From positions 19,840,001-19,904,000 of the forward strand of contig OZ336882.1 of assembly GCA_965287045.1 (NCBI GenBank): DNA of 64,000 nucleotides. Direction: 5' to 3'. Positions within the stretch are counted from its first letter, which is position 1. Each line of letters opens with the position of its first letter. The notes below the pieces were generated by a model. The model saw only the letters and a list, made by a program, of their open reading frames with translations, had not been told where the DNA came from and did not search any database. Positions 12,875-26,853 of this stretch are shown here, in pieces. Both the position numbers and the translations under genes were made by a program. Source of the stretch: Carcharhinus amblyrhynchos (Eukaryota).

Positions 12875-13040
12875 GTCCTTATGCTATGACTCCCAGTCTT
12901 AGTACCTATAGAATATGACGTACAATGAGCAGGTCTGATCTATACTCCCAACTAGAACGGTATACTTTGCCTGTATAGTGCACAAGAAACAATACTTTCC
13001 ACTGAAATACATGTGACAATAATAAATCAAATCACATCAA
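12875..13040 (+). mobile_element. Rex1/Babar-type LINE 3' end
   Basis: Same 3' UTR and aataataaatcaaatc tail as the other copies. Confidence 0.75.
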
Positions 13041-15117
13041 AAAAGAATGTCGATCTATGCATGTGTGCATGTTTGTTTTTTATTATTAGAGTGTGAATGA
13101 GAGGACAACATCACATAACATTAGAATGCTGAAAAATATATATCTTCTAAAAAACCAAGTGGGTTTTCCTGAACATTTACAAATATGAATTTGCACTGGG
13201 CTGGAATTCAACTGGTGGTGAGACTATCCAAACAAGGTGGTGTCTCTCTCTCTCTCTTGAATTATGTCGTTAACTTGACTGTTGAACTGCACCGCCAGTT
13301 TTGCATCGATGCACAACCAAAAACCCTCAGAATTGGTGTGAAATTGGTATGTTAGCTGCCCAACCCAACCTGACCTATACTCAAGATGTAAATGTTAATG
13401 TGTAACATTTTTGTTTGTGAGCGCTTAGTGCATGAAGACATTATGCCTTCCATATGCGTCAACACAATTCAAAGGGCTTGATTATGACAGTTAGCTTTAG
13501 TGCAACTTTAAGCTTTGAATCCAAAGGATTTTGGGACTGCAGTTTGACTCCTGAGGATAAAGTTCAGACTAAGTAAATGTAATGTAGTTACCTAGAAGTA
13601 ATAACTATGGTGTTGCACCTAATTATTACTTGGAATTGAGAAGAATCACAATCACCTTTACACTAGCAGTCTTTTCATAAAATTGTTCTTGCTAATGTCA
13701 AAAACACAGATAGCTTCAGCCGATATGCTAGCTTCTGTCAGTGTGAATTTTAACGTCTAAAAGTCCACAATTTGTATTTCCAGGGAAGATGTTGATATTC
13801 TCTATTGTTTGGCTGAATGCGTTGTAAGAAGGAAAACTAGTTCACAGTAAATTCAACTCCCTCTCAACTCATGATCTTGAAAAAGTGCTCACAAAATAAT
13901 ACCAAATTAAAATCGCACAAGTCACTGATTTTGTGATCTCCTGAAAGAAAAATAAAGGATGGAAGTTGAGGAAGCAAACTCCTGAAAGCCTGGGAGAATT
14001 TGTGAATCCCATGCATTTAAAGTAGAGTTTGATTTATTGATTCATCATAACCCAGTAACCCTGGAGATTAACCTATGGAAGTCTTTCCAAGAACTCATTG
14101 GGTGAATGCACCCAATAACGCAGTGCTGCAGTGAAGTGTTATCCTGCGATAAAATACTACCCTGGAAGAGCAAGCTCACCAGGATATTTTCTCACCTCTA
14201 TTCCTATTTATTGAAACAAAAGGATGCCTTGCCCATGATGAATGACCTCTTCAGCCAAGTACCAAAGATAAGCTGGTGCCTGTGAAACCATACCTCAGAT
14301 TGAAATGCTAACTCCAGCAGGGACAGAGTGAGATAGGAAATGGGAGAGAAGAAGGATATTACTTTATAATCCTTTTCTTTAAGTTTTCTAGATTTCAGCT
14401 GTTTTTCAGCCAAGGGCTGCAAAGGATGATGGAGGATATGGGGGTGGGAAATTGTTATACTGGACCCAGGAGTTGCCCAGTGATTTCTCCACCCGCTGTG
14501 ATAAATGGTGTAAAATGAAAACAGGAAAAGAGAACGAGGAAAGGTCTCAAAGGAAATGGAAAACAAAAGGAATAGGAAGGAAGGAACGTGAGAAGTGACT
14601 GGAGGAGGGAGGTTTTGAGCAGAGAAGATAATCAGGAAGCACTGCTGAGATTGCACAAGGGAAGCAAGAGGCACAGATTGCAGTGAAAATACAACACATG
14701 GGACTTGGCATTACAGGTTACCATAACACCTCTTGAAATTTCATTAGAAATGACTGCTTGTGAAAACCCATATCAATAGGAGCAGACTTCATTTTCAAGC
14801 AGACCAACATTAAGAGTACAGTGAAAGATCAGTTTATATAGTGAGAGCAGTTACTTAAATGTTCTGCAATTAGATGTAGATGAATCTTCAGTCCAACCTG
14901 TGCAGTTCAGCATTGTGATTTTCCATTTGCTTCTACAGATATTGCACTTGGCAAGGTCCATGACCCAAAATGAACATTGTGACTGTGAATTTCAAACAGT
15001 GTTGCCTCTGTACTGTTGCCAGTGCTTTGGGATTGGTTCTCAGCACTGGCAACTCCAGAATATTGCATAACTACTTCTATTTAACTTGCATTTGGATTGC
15101 GCGTTAGGCATTTGCTG

Positions 15118-15450
15118 GGCGGCACGGCAGCACAGTGGTTAGCACTGTTGCCTCATAGCGTCAGGGACCAGGGTTCGATTCCAGCCTTGGCTCGCTGTCT
15201 GTGTGGAATCTGCATGCTCTCCCCGTGTCTGTGTGGGTTTCCTCCGGGTGCTCTGATTTCCTCCCACAGTCCAAAGATGTGCGGATTAGGTTGATTGGCC
15301 ATGCTAAATTGTCCCTTAATGTCAGGGGGACTTGCAAGGGTAAATAAGTAGGGTTACCGGGATAGTGCCTGGATGGGATTGTTGTCGGTGCAGGCTTGAT
15401 GGGCTAAATGGTCTCCTTCTGCACCATAGGAATTCTGTGATTCTATGATT
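15118..15450 (+). mobile_element. HE1-like SINE, tail type A (CR1/HER1-like)
   Basis: Full length: gggcggcacgg start, A and B boxes, shared core, tail atgggctaaatggtctccttctgcac...attctatgatt. Confidence 0.93.
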
Positions 15451-15454
15451 TGAA

Positions 15455-15660
15455 ACGTTTCGCACAAGTGTTATCAGATAAAATTTGGCATCAAGCTGCA
15501 TCACACCAAAAGCTTGGTTAAAAAGCAGGGCTTTAAGGGCCATCTTAAAGGAGGAGAAAGAGTGGTATGGAGAGCTTCAGGGAGGGAATTCAAAAGCTTA
15601 GGGCTGAGGCAGCTGAAGGCATGACTCCCTGTGGTTTAATGATGAAAATCAGGAGGTATT
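15455..15660 (-). mobile_element. Old LINE (L2-like) 3' fragment
   Basis: gggagggaattcaaaagcttagggctgaggcagctgaaggc resembles the antisense C-terminal coding region of L2-type LINEs. Confidence 0.45.
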
Positions 15661-18623
15661 ACTTGAATTAGTGCCTTGCAGTTCCATGCCAGTCAAAGAT
15701 GATCCCAGTTGTCACCCAGAAAGCAGCTCTAAAAACATGTATAAACGACACAATAGCGCAATAATTGCATTAGTGAAAACAGTTGTGGTGGAGTTTTAGC
15801 TGATTCAGAGGAAATTATATTCAAGAGCTTCTAATAAATTATTAAATATTTTCAATACACTTTCAGCAATTTTGGAAAATGTGTATTTCTTGCCCTGAGT
15901 TACTGTGAAAATGTAATGAGTGCATATTGTCAACTCCACCTAGGCAAAATACCATTAGGTAAGCGGTATTTTGAAATCAGGAACCATTTTGTGTCTGCGT
16001 TTACTTTATTCAGTCCTGCTAATGATATAATCCTTTAACCGTTTACTTCAGTTAATCTCTTTCATCAAATTGCACAATTTTTCATAAGTTCTACTTTCTT
16101 TCCTCAATCATCGGTGCTGTATAATTATAATTTCCACATTTTTTTGCAACAATAGCCTAAGATGAGGCGCAGCATAGGTCATACAAAAATTAAAACTCCT
16201 TCTGCAAAGCATCAGCAAGCGTACAATTCCTGTCTCTACCAGAATGCCCACTCCATAACAATGTTACTGTTGCCACGCTATCAGTCTGTACAGGCCTTCT
16301 GAGTGAGCACGCATATTCAAGCGGCGAGTTGTGGACAGTTCTGCAATGAAGTGATGGCCACTGGAAAATAGGCTGAGATTAATGCAACCTAAATTTAATT
16401 TTGGAATGTTGATATCACTCTGATCCTGGAGCTGAAAGAGAAAACAAAAGTTCCGACCAGCAATTGCATTCAGTTCGCCTTGAGGGCATGAATTTAATGG
16501 GGCTGAGCAGTAAAAATCCAATGCATTGTTAATTTGATTGCAATTTGATTATTTATAGGTCATAATTTTTCCTGAGTAAATTAGAATAAGCTTTAGACAG
16601 GAATTTGATCAACCAAATGATGCCTCCTAGATTTGTATCTATATTGTGTATATATAGATTGCAATATGGAAATGTTGCAGGGTAACTTTATACTGAATCA
16701 TATCAACATTGTGTATATGTTACCTTAGGAACATATGCAGCGCAGACTAACGTTAATCAGAATAACGTTTTCCAAGTAACCAGTTAAATTGATTGCACAC
16801 GATTTTAAAGATTGTCGAATGTCCTAACCAACAAGATCACTCCTTGTTAGGCGACGGAGTGCTGAGTGTTTCAGTGATCCAGCACAGTTTTCTCTCTTCA
16901 TTTTGTCCCCCTGATCATTTATCTACCATGTGGCAGCTGGATTAAAGAGACAGTTTGTTTCTAACCAATCGCAAAGATTTGCCAACTGGTGCAAGGAGAG
17001 AAAGTTAAATTTGAACACCGGAGAGGGTGCATCAATCACTTTCTCCTGATTTGACCCCCAGCGTGCCATTCTTTCTAAACAGGAGGTGTCACCATTGCAG
17101 AGACAGGTGATTGTGTTTTATGTGCCGAAGTGGGCTCGACAGCACATTGCCACAACAATGCACAGAGCTTTGTTAGTTCGTACAAGGCAGTGGCAGCCCT
17201 TACCTTTTTTTTATTGAAACCCAGATTGAAATATGAAAACAATTTAGAAAGAGAATAAAACTGAGCACCTCAGCAGATATAGGTTTTGCCGTAGTGTGAA
17301 CTTAGTGCCACAGCCAATTCTAAATGTGTATGGAGTTTTCAGACCACTAATCACCCACTCCAAAGCTGCCTATTATGGTAACGTTGCCCTTTAAGATTCC
17401 GATAAACTCGCCAATGATATTGAGTGCCCATCGGCAAGACTAAAAAAGTAATTACTCTTTTCTTTTGTGCATCTATACATTGAGAAATAGCTCAGAGTTT
17501 CATGGCAATGTGCTCGTTACATTTCACAGTAAATTAATGCGAGGAGGTATTAATTGCCAGGAAATACTGTCAGCAAAACTCCAGATATTTTGATAATAAA
17601 TTGCTCGTCTCTCTGCATTTAATTTCTTCTTCGTCTCGTTTTTCAGCAGTGAAAGTATATCTTAGCTCGACCTTTCTCTGAGTTTTCCTGACCCAAGCAA
17701 TTGTTCTTCGGTGGCGTACTATCTATCTTCATGTAATCCAAGTATACTTGCAGCTTGCAAAAAAAACCCTTAATCTATTGTTCTCTAGCTATGAAATTGC
17801 CTATACCTAGCAACTTCTGCTGCAATTCCTAACCTGCAAGTTGGGACAAATTGAGTCTTTTTTGAGACAATCCCGCACTAAAGATCCTGTGGTCTTTGCC
17901 CTCATGCCACCCCCGCCCCCAGCTCCCTTCTTGCGGTAACCTGTGAGGATGCAAATCCTGCAGCTGATTAAATTGGACAGAACCTCCTGATCAGGGTCTA
18001 CGGGTGCTGTTCTTCGACGCTCCACTAAGAGGAGCTAAGAGAATGGCCCACCGATCACTCTGCCTCCGATGTGTCTTCCCTGACACCATCAACTCAGCCG
18101 GGCAGATGATGGAGATTAGATCCTACCTGTGCTCGGTGTCATTATGTTAACGCTCTGACATGCTTTACTGTCCAAAATGAATGCTCAACTAATTGGTTTC
18201 AAAATGCCACTTAAGAGAGAATGATCCTGGAACAGCTCAGCATTATGCAATAATAATTTTGCTGCTGATTACTTTGTTGACTTGTTCCCTGGCTTTTGAC
18301 AAGTAATTCTTCAAATTATGCATTGTAAAGCAGGGGCTGGCAACAGAGTTATTTTGTCATCAAGATCGAGGGAAAAAAAATCAGATGTCATGAAATTGCA
18401 GCATTGACTGAAATCCAAAAACTGTCAACAAATCTTTCGATACTAACTACTGAGTGAAATGTTGACTCTGTGTCTACAGCTGTGTATAATATATGGCTGC
18501 ACTTTGGGAAAAAAATTAACTCCATCATTGCTGAGATTTATTCTAAGCTACAAAGAAACCAAAGTATGAATGTGTCAAATTGTTGTCCAGAATATTATCA
18601 CAATATCGTGGGGAGGGGGAGAG

Positions 18624-18948
18624 GGGAGCACGGTGTCACAGTGGTTAGCACTGCGGCCTCACAGCACCAGGGACCCAGGTTCAATTCCAGCCTCAGGTAA
18701 CTGTCTGTGTGGACTTTGCACATTCTCCCCTTGTCTGCGTGAGTTTCCTCTCACAGTCCAAAAATGTGCAGGTTAGGTGGATTGGCCATGCTAAATTGCT
18801 CCTTAGTGTCCCAAAATGTGTAGGTTAGGAGGAATTAGGGTAAATACGTGGAGTTATGGGGATAAGGCCTGGATAAGATGTTCTGTCCGAGAGTCGGTGT
18901 AGACTTGACGGGACAAATGGCCTCCTTCTGCACTGAAGGGTTTCTATG
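18624..18948 (+). mobile_element. HE1-like SINE, tail type A
   Basis: A and B boxes, shared core, tail ggcctccttctgcactg...ttctatga. Confidence 0.9.
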
Positions 18949-19734
18949 AATAAAAGTGCATTGTACCTTCTTTCACAGAGCCAGTTAAATCCACAAAAGA
19001 TACCTGGCTTTATATCTTGTGGTGCACCATTAACCTGTCCTGACATAGCCAACATAGCTTTTCTCATTGCATCTTCTCCTGATCAGTGCTGGTGACTCCA
19101 ATATTCCACCCTGGAGCTGCCTCTTCACAACGTTTTCACTAGCATGTGGTCAATATCCTCATGTACGCCAGCCTTTAGCTTTTCCATCCTGCTTGATTGC
19201 AACATAATCACTGTGCTTGATGTCAAGTCATTGATGAGCCAAATACAAAGTATGATCCTTACTTATAAGGTCCTGTTTTGTATATGCATTATGTGATAAT
19301 AAATCTGTTGACTAAGCCAACCAACAAAGGTGACAAATTTTTGTGGTTGTGTTCCCTTTTGGGGGAAGGGGCACTCGGCTGTTTCTGCTGCATCAGCCTT
19401 GTCAAGATCTAGGTTAGTACTGACCCATCATTCTGCTGTTTAATGAGCTGCACTGGCTCCTTGCACTTCTACGTATTGTTTACAAAATCCAGCTCTTCCT
19501 TTGTCTCTCTGCCTCTGCTTGAACTTCTGTTTTGCTAATTGTACTCCTATGTGTATCTCCATTTTATTATCAGTAACAAAGACATTCACTCAACACTGAA
19601 GTTCCTTTCCTGAAGCATTGCTTCGTATTCCTCTCATGTTAATACTTATTCTTTAATTGTTTCTGGAATGTGGACAAAAAATATAGAGAGGGTAGATTCA
19701 GAAAGAATGTTAGAAACATGGAAACTTGTACAAA

Positions 19735-20062
19735 CATGTTCCCAATGGTGGGGGAGTCCAGAACTTGGGATTATATTTTGAGGAAAAGGAGTAAACCTTT
19801 TATGATTGAGGTGAGGAGAAATTTCTTCACCCAGGGAGTGATGAATCTGTAGAATTCATGACCACAGAAAGTAGTCGAGGCCAAAATGTTGTCTGATTTC
19901 AAGACAAAATGAGATATAGCTCTTGGGGCTAAAAGGATATGGGGGAAGGTGGGATGAGGATATTGAATTTGATGATCAGCCATGATCAAGATGAATGGTG
20001 GAGTGGGCTTGAAGGGCTGAATGGCCTACTCCTGCTTCTATTTTTTGATATTTCTATTTTTC
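19735..20062 (+). mobile_element. CR1 LINE 3' end
   Basis: Translates to ...EVRRNFFTQGVMNL; 3' UTR gatcagccatgatc...gaagggctgaatggcctactcctgct. Confidence 0.85.
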
Positions 20063-20084
20063 TAAAAGAAAAATAAAACTGCTG

Positions 20085-20200
20085 TCTTTCACATCCCAAA
20101 ATTCTTTACAGCCATTGTCTCAATATGGGAAATGTTGCCTCAATTTATGCACAGCAAGGCCTAATTATCTGTTTCAGTGATTTTGGTGAAAGAATAAATG
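20085..20200 (-). mobile_element. DeuSINE-like (SacSINE/AmnSINE-type) fragment
   Basis: ctttacagcca...caatttatgcacagcaag...ttcagtgattttggtga resembles the antisense Deu domain as recalled; a second fragment lies at about 35710-35768. Confidence 0.45.
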
Positions 20201-20471
20201 GGATAGCTGGAGTGGCTCAGTGGATAGCTCTCTGCCTCAAAGCCTGAAGGCCTGGGGTTCAAGGACTCGTTGGCTATGAAAGAATCCAGATACTGCTCCA
20301 GTAAACCAGAATGTATTACTGATCCCAGCCCGGGTATAAATAATGAAGGTTGACAGCATCTGGTTGTAAAACAATCTGCCAAGTCTTAAAAGAAGCATTG
20401 GCTGGTATGAAGGTGATCAACCATGTTGGCAATTCCATGTAATATGGAAATAGAGGAAAGGTGGTTAAGGA

Positions 20472-20750
20472 ATAGAAACATAGAAAATAGTAGCAGGAGT
20501 AGGCCTGCTCTGCCATTGAATGTGATCATAGTTGATCCTCTGTCTTAACACTGTGCACCCATACTCCTTGATGCCTTTGGTATCTAGAAATCTATCTATT
20601 CCTTTCCTAAATATATTCAATGACTTGGCCTCCACAGTCTTATGTTGCAGAGAGTTACACAGGTTCACCATCGTCTGAGTAAAGAAGTTTCTCCTTATCT
20701 CAGTCCAAAATGGCCTGTCTGTATCCTGAGAGCAGGACCCCTTGCTTAGA
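20472..20750 (-). mobile_element. CR1 LINE 3' end
   Basis: Minus-strand ORF VNLCNSLQHKTVEAKSLNIFRKGIDRFL plus tail ctcctgctactattttctatgtttctat. Confidence 0.85.
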
Positions 20751-22354
20751 TATTGGCGCCCACCAAGCCAAGGGAGACATTATCTCAGGTAGTGTAGACA
20801 GCTGGTATAATTCTGTTGCTTTTTTTGAAATAATGTCATCGGATCTCCAGTGCCCACTTGAAAGGACAGATGGAACCTTAAGAGTCCTTGTAACAATGAT
20901 GTTCCCATAATGTTCTGACATAGGAAGTTCCAGGATTTTAGGTTGGCAATAATGATGATTTTATTAGCTATATGAATCCTACCTCTTACCGTGCCATGAA
21001 CGACGTCCCGAATTCTTAGTTTTTGCATTGGTTGGCCCTCAGATTTATCAAGTGTTTTAGCACATGTCGCTTCGTTAGAGGCACAAATCATATGCAGGCT
21101 GCAATTTTAAGCGAGTGCTACTCAGAAGCTGCTGCCCTTAGCAATCTCCTGTGTTTAGAATGCGGCATACTATTCTACTGCGAACCTCGTATTTTGCATC
21201 ATGTGAGGTTGAGGCCAATTCTTTGTAAACCACAGGTGCCGCAAAATCGTAAGAAAGGAAAGCCAGAGGTTGTGGATTCCGACAAAAATGTGGCAGATCA
21301 GAAATGGAGTAGCAAGGCGTGAATTTGTATGTTTGGATCCTAGCTTTGTCGAGGGTTGGGTTCCTGCTCCTCTCCCTTCTCCACGGAAAAGGAGGGGAAT
21401 AATCATAATAATATTTATCGCGTGCGGATAGCTCCCATGACTTTGCATCCAGATAGTACAGGATAGCAGTGGGACATAAGGGGATGAATTTAGAAACCTA
21501 AATAGGCGAAAGTGAAAATCAAAAGATGACTATTCGGTTTGATGTGAGAGTAGATCATTCAATTTGGACATAACAATTGGGCTTTTTCTCGAGTGCGTAA
21601 AATCATTTTTTTGAAACCATTAATGATATTGCAGAAAAGCATTATGCTGGCTGTTATACAACACCGTGAAAAACTGCATCACACATGTCCCTGAATTGAC
21701 AGAATTCCTGCGATAAATTGGAAAGCAAGATAATACTCCTTTTAGCATGTTTTGAATTTGTTCAGGAAAGCATTTCCACCATCCCACGGGCAAGTTGTAA
21801 TTTAATTTCAAATAAATTGTGAAGGGACTTAAATTTTCAAAATGTTGGTTTGCGGGTTTCCTGTGTTTTTTTTTAGATGTTTTTAAAAAAGCAATCTGTA
21901 CGTCTCGGGGGATTTTTTTTAACTATCGCCACCCGCCCCTTACTGGTATCACCAACTGGCATTTACGGCAGGATAATCTTCTGGCAATGATGAGAGGATG
22001 TGTGAAGTGATGAGATACTGTTCACTCGCAAAGGAGAACATTAAAGCGGATATGTAAGTGCCAACAAAGGTTCTTTAAACCTTTGCAGAAACGAAGGATT
22101 TTTTTTTGCCTTAAGAAGGCAGCTTATTTTTGTGTGTCGCACTTTTCCTTTGCATTTCGCAGCACGGAACACAATGTTTTAACAATGCATCTCATGTTCC
22201 ACAAAATAATTAATAGATGAGAATTTTGCTTCTTTGGAAGGAAATACACTGAAATATGTAAAGGGAGAAATTAAAGACCAAGAATGTAGTTATCTTCAAG
22301 GCAGCTTCTGGTTTCACATATGTGTAAAAGCAGGTCGGTGTAACTCTTATTCGT

Positions 22355-22661
22355 GGGTGGCGTGGTGGCACAGTGGTTAACACTGATGCCTCACAGCCTG
22401 AGGGATCTGGGTTCAGTTCCGGCCTTGAGTGACAGTATGATGTTTGCACACTCTCCCCATGCTTGCGTGGGTTTCCTCTCGGTGCTCCAGTTTCCTCCTA
22501 CAATCCAAAGGTGTACATGTTAGTCGGATTGGCCATGCTAATGTGCCCCTTAGTGTCAGGGGGATTAGCAGGGTGATTACAGGGATAGGGTTTGGGTGGG
22601 ATTGTTATCAGTGCAGGCTCAATGGGCCGAGTAACCTCCTGCACTGCAGGGATTCTATGAT
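22355..22661 (+). mobile_element. HE1-like SINE, tail type A
   Basis: A box, shared core, tail gcactgcagggattctatgatt. Confidence 0.9.
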
Positions 22662-23684
22662 TTTTTTCTCTATGTTAGTTGAGATTTTAACACTTATTTT
22701 TTGTCAGAGAAATAGAGCAGCTAATCTAGAAAACAAAGCTTAAGGCTGTGGGGTTTCCAACCTATTTCTCCATAAGGTTTATCTTGTTTTACAGTATTGC
22801 TGTGTGTATCTTTACAATCAGCAGAAACTAGTGAGAAGGGGGAGAGAGAGAGAGGAGAAAGTGGGCCAAGCAAATTAGCTGTGAACACAATCGGCTCCAG
22901 GAGGAAGCCATTTGGGTTTGCCTTGCCTCACAGTAAATGACCTTGGCTGAGGATGATGACAAAGTATCATCTTGCTGATCCTTGACAGGATGCCATTCCT
23001 TCGAAGTTGACAAATAGTTCACATTAAAACCGGGGCATTTTAGGAATCATCCCCCATCGCAATTCATCAGTTCTGATTACAACACAAATGCCAACACCAA
23101 CTCGAAGCGTATTTCTCACTGCAGTGTAAAAACTGTCGTTAGGAGGATGGGGCGGGGGGAAGTGAAGAAACAACAACACGGTGGCTGTCACAGAAACGTT
23201 GTACCTCGCGTTGCCACCAGCCTTCGCAAACACCCGTGGAAATATCGTCCAAAAGCATAACCTGGATGAACACAAAGTAATCCAGGCACAGAGGAAAGCT
23301 GGTGTTCTGGCCCGTTCCATACATTCCCATTAGAGTTGATGTTACGGTCGAAGCATAAAAATTCCTGGCAAATTAGTTATGCGTTTATCAAGATTTAAGC
23401 TAATTTTGCTTTCATCTCAGTGCAAAAATAAAGGGGATTACAGTCACTAAGCTCACTCTTAAAGCTCCCGCAGTCATTCTTGCTGCTTTGAACATGCCGG
23501 CTGTGTCAGTAGGAGCTGGCAGTGTAATACAACTTGCATAATTCTTTGTCCCTGTTCATGTTTTGCAGTAAGGGGCATATTTCTAGAAGAACTCATTTAT
23601 GGAGGGGGCTGAGGGTGGAAGAGCTGTATTGCAGAGATTTCTATAACTGCTGGATAGGAGGATACATCAGCAGCTGTGTTTCGA

Positions 23685-23900
23685 GTCTAAGATAGGTGGG
23701 TGGGACTGTATATTAAAAGAGTGTATTTTTCCCCTCTGCAACCAAGGTTTAAATCCAACCCAGACAGATGGAATGGAAGCTGTCTCTCTCTAACAGCTGT
23801 CAAGGGCCATTAAGTACAATGACTTTGGGCCAACTCAATTCCACTTGCAGAAGGCTGCAGAACAGTGCAGGCCTTGAGATTGGCAAACTAGTGTTGAGTG
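23685..23900 (+). mobile_element. Old LF-SINE-like relic
   Basis: tttcccctctgcaaccaaggtttaaatccaacccag...ctaacagctgtcaagggcc...aatgactttggg parallels the recalled LF-SINE head and body. Confidence 0.4.
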
Positions 23901-24279
23901 CCTCAATCTCTCCCAAAAGGGTCAAATGCTCCTGCATAGGCAGAATTGTTACCTGGGATGGCAGTAAATGTTGCACAACCTTTCAGAAGGGGGTTTTGGA
24001 CAAACTTGATCAAGCCTTCTCAGAAAATTCGCAACATTTATAAAAATGTTACATCTGCGAACCATGGTTGAAAAAAAGGCAAGAAAAGCTCTTTGCTATT
24101 GAGTGTTTAGGATTTAGCATAGATTTCCATCCGTTTAGTGCTATATATCTAATCTGGATGTGCTCAGTAATGCCGCTGGGTATGACATAAAACATCTTCC
24201 GGAATATTTTTGTTATTTCACGGTCAGGAAAGTTTCCCGATGAGTACTCCTGGCATGCAACAGCAGCACAGAAACATTA

Positions 24280-24417
24280 GGGGTGCAATCTTACCGGCCG
24301 TTCGTGCCACAGTCCCGCTGCAGCGAAGTTGGAGACTTTGGCGCTCAGCCTAATCTCCGTTCACTGCGGTGGGATGGGAAAAATCTCATTGGTGTGAATG
24401 GTGGTAACATTCCAGCC
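24280..24417. mobile_element. Palindromic MITE, probably PIF/Harbinger-type
   Basis: Ends ggggtgcaatcttacc and ggtaacattccagcc are imperfect TIRs; internal ggaga/tctcc symmetry; TTA lies to the left. Confidence 0.6.
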
Positions 24418-24833
24418 AAAATGTGCCTTTCAGAGCACTATCGGTACCATTCAGTCTTTAGCAAACATAAATTCCCATCAGCAAATACTAATGTCATCTC
24501 AATTTCAGAAGTTCATAGTTTTCATTTTTTGAAAAAATAAAGCTCAGAATTGATCCCGAAAAGAGATTAACTGCATTTTCAGTGGTGAATGACTGCAGAG
24601 ATAAATTGATTCCTGACTAACAATTTCTTTTTAAGCATTGCGAAAAAAATTGTGGCGATGGGTGAGTTGTTGATCACAGATGGGTCTGTCTATGAGCAAT
24701 TCTTAATAGAACAGCTGTCACTTAGCAAATATTTGAGTCTTAAAAACTTCCACCCATCCATCCATACCCACCCAATGTGACGTAAACATAACCAACTGAA
24801 GTTTTGGAGGTAGGTGGGACTTCAAGTTGAAAA

Positions 24834-25390
24834 GATTTGACTTGGTTTATTATTGTCACATGTATTAGTATACACTGAAAAGTATAGTTTTTTGTGCACT
24901 ATACGGACAAAGAGAAGGAAATGAGAGAGTGCAGAATGTAATGTTACAGTCATAGCTAGGGTGTAGACAAAGATCAGCTTAGATACAATCCATTCAAAAG
25001 TCTGATGGCAGCAGGAAAGAAACTGTTCTTGAGTTGATTGCTACGTGACTTCAGGTTTTTGAAGGTGGAAGAGAGAATGTCTGGGGTGTGTGGGGCCCTT
25101 AATTATGCTGGCTGCTTTGCCGAGACAGTGGGAAGTGCAGACAGAGTCAATGAATGGGAGGCTGGTTTGCATGATGGATTGGGCTACATTCACGACCTTT
25201 TGTAGTTTCTTGGACAGAGCAGGTGGCATACCAAGCTGTGATACAACCAGATAGAATGATTTCTATGGTGCACCTGTAAACGTTAGTGAGAATCATAACT
25301 GATGTGCCAAATTTCTTTCGTCTTCCAAGAAAGTAGAGGCATTGGTGGGCTTTCTTAACTATAGTGTCGCCATGGGGGGACCAGAACAGG
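24834..25390 (-). mobile_element. Rex1/Babar-type LINE 3' fragment
   Basis: Minus-strand translation KKLQKVVNVAQSI...CLGKAASIIKGPTHPRHSLF plus the shared 3' UTR. Confidence 0.88.
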
Positions 25391-26853
25391 TAATAAGCAT
25401 AACATGTGCCATGTATGAAGGGTTGATTCGCTGTTTAGTTCCTTGAGTTTGATAACAAGGAGGAGGTGGGCATGGACCTGGTAGCATTGTTTGTGGGGAG
25501 CGGGGTGAAGTGGGAAGATTCCATGTCAGCATCGCTTTGTTACCCTCACAGAGCCACAGCTCTGATCAAAAACATCAAAGCCAAACCCGCGCTTTTGGAA
25601 GATCATACAAATACTTTAACAAAGGCATTAAAAACAACAAAAGACAATTAAATGGATGAATGTAATCACATTATTATGAAATATATAAATATTTCAAACT
25701 GTTACTTCAAACATCAGAATTTTTAGTTAACGGGAGAAAAAATGGTAAATGATAAAAATTTTCAGAGAGGAATTTGAACCTAGTGGCCACATTATCTATT
25801 CAGCTGGTGAGTTTACATCAGCAAAACATATAATAAATGTTGACATGGAAATATCTGAGAGGAATGTGTTGACACAAAATATTGTGAGACTGGCTTGTCA
25901 ATAGGAATCAAGTTGTGTAGATAGAAAATGATGCTCAGATGTTTATTTTTAATAAGATGCAGATCTGTACATACATGAGCTTTGTCAACAATTATGATTT
26001 TGTTTTGTTGGTGTGCCAAAGGTATTGTGTTTCCTGTCACTGGAAATGTGCTGACATTAAGAACTAATTCCATTCAGCTAGTGCCTGGGTGACATCCCAG
26101 TGAAATTTGATCATGGGAGGATTTCTAGAATTTAAAGAGGCAACTATCTTCAAAAATTCTTTGGCAAATATTTGCTCAATGTTTACCAAATACTGCTGTG
26201 CCTCAGCAGAAATGGTATTGAAACGTGTCACTGCATTGCAAAAGCATCATCATGGTGAAAATGACAAGCACGTTTTTTTTGTTCACCCTGTCCCACAATT
26301 AAGCCGTCACTTTCCCAATCTCCAGCAGATTACTGGAAAACAAAACTTCTCTCCATGTAGGTTATGGATACATGGCAGTTATTCCAATGTTGTAATCTAA
26401 TCAAGAGGTCATGTGCAGTGGATATCTGGGATCACGTTCCAGTCTGTAATCTGATTGAGGGGTTCAGGTGCAGTCATGTATTTGTTGAATTTTTGAGGTG
26501 GGATTAGGGCCCTGAAATTGCTTTCGGGTACCCACTCTTATATGTATAAAAAACATGTACAGCGCACAGAGGCACATATAATACAAATTCAATGCACCAG
26601 TATCATGATCAGACTCTTCACAGTGTTTTACGTTGTGATGTGTTACTATTGTTTTATATTCTTTTACAAGTACAAATGTGAATATCCAAGGTCCCATAAT
26701 ATTTCTGTTACCTCTCTGCCTGCACGATTCATACTCAGATAATTTCAGTTGTAAGATTAATAGCTCAAGGCTTGTTGTACTTGGCCACATTATCCAGAAT
26801 GGTGAAAGAAATTCAGGAATCATTTCCAATGCCTAAAATATTTCTGCATCATT

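Noticed and set aside
14204-14674. 156-aa minus-strand ORF
   Set aside because: Antisense of a purine-rich stretch; no splice support or recognisable homology
15118-15190. tRNA genes at SINE heads
   Set aside because: A and B boxes are present but continue directly into SINE core and tail, with no proper cloverleaf end or terminator
21023-21322. 99-aa ORF in a mildly CpG-rich patch as an internal exon
   Set aside because: No convincing acceptor/donor pair and no recognisable protein motif
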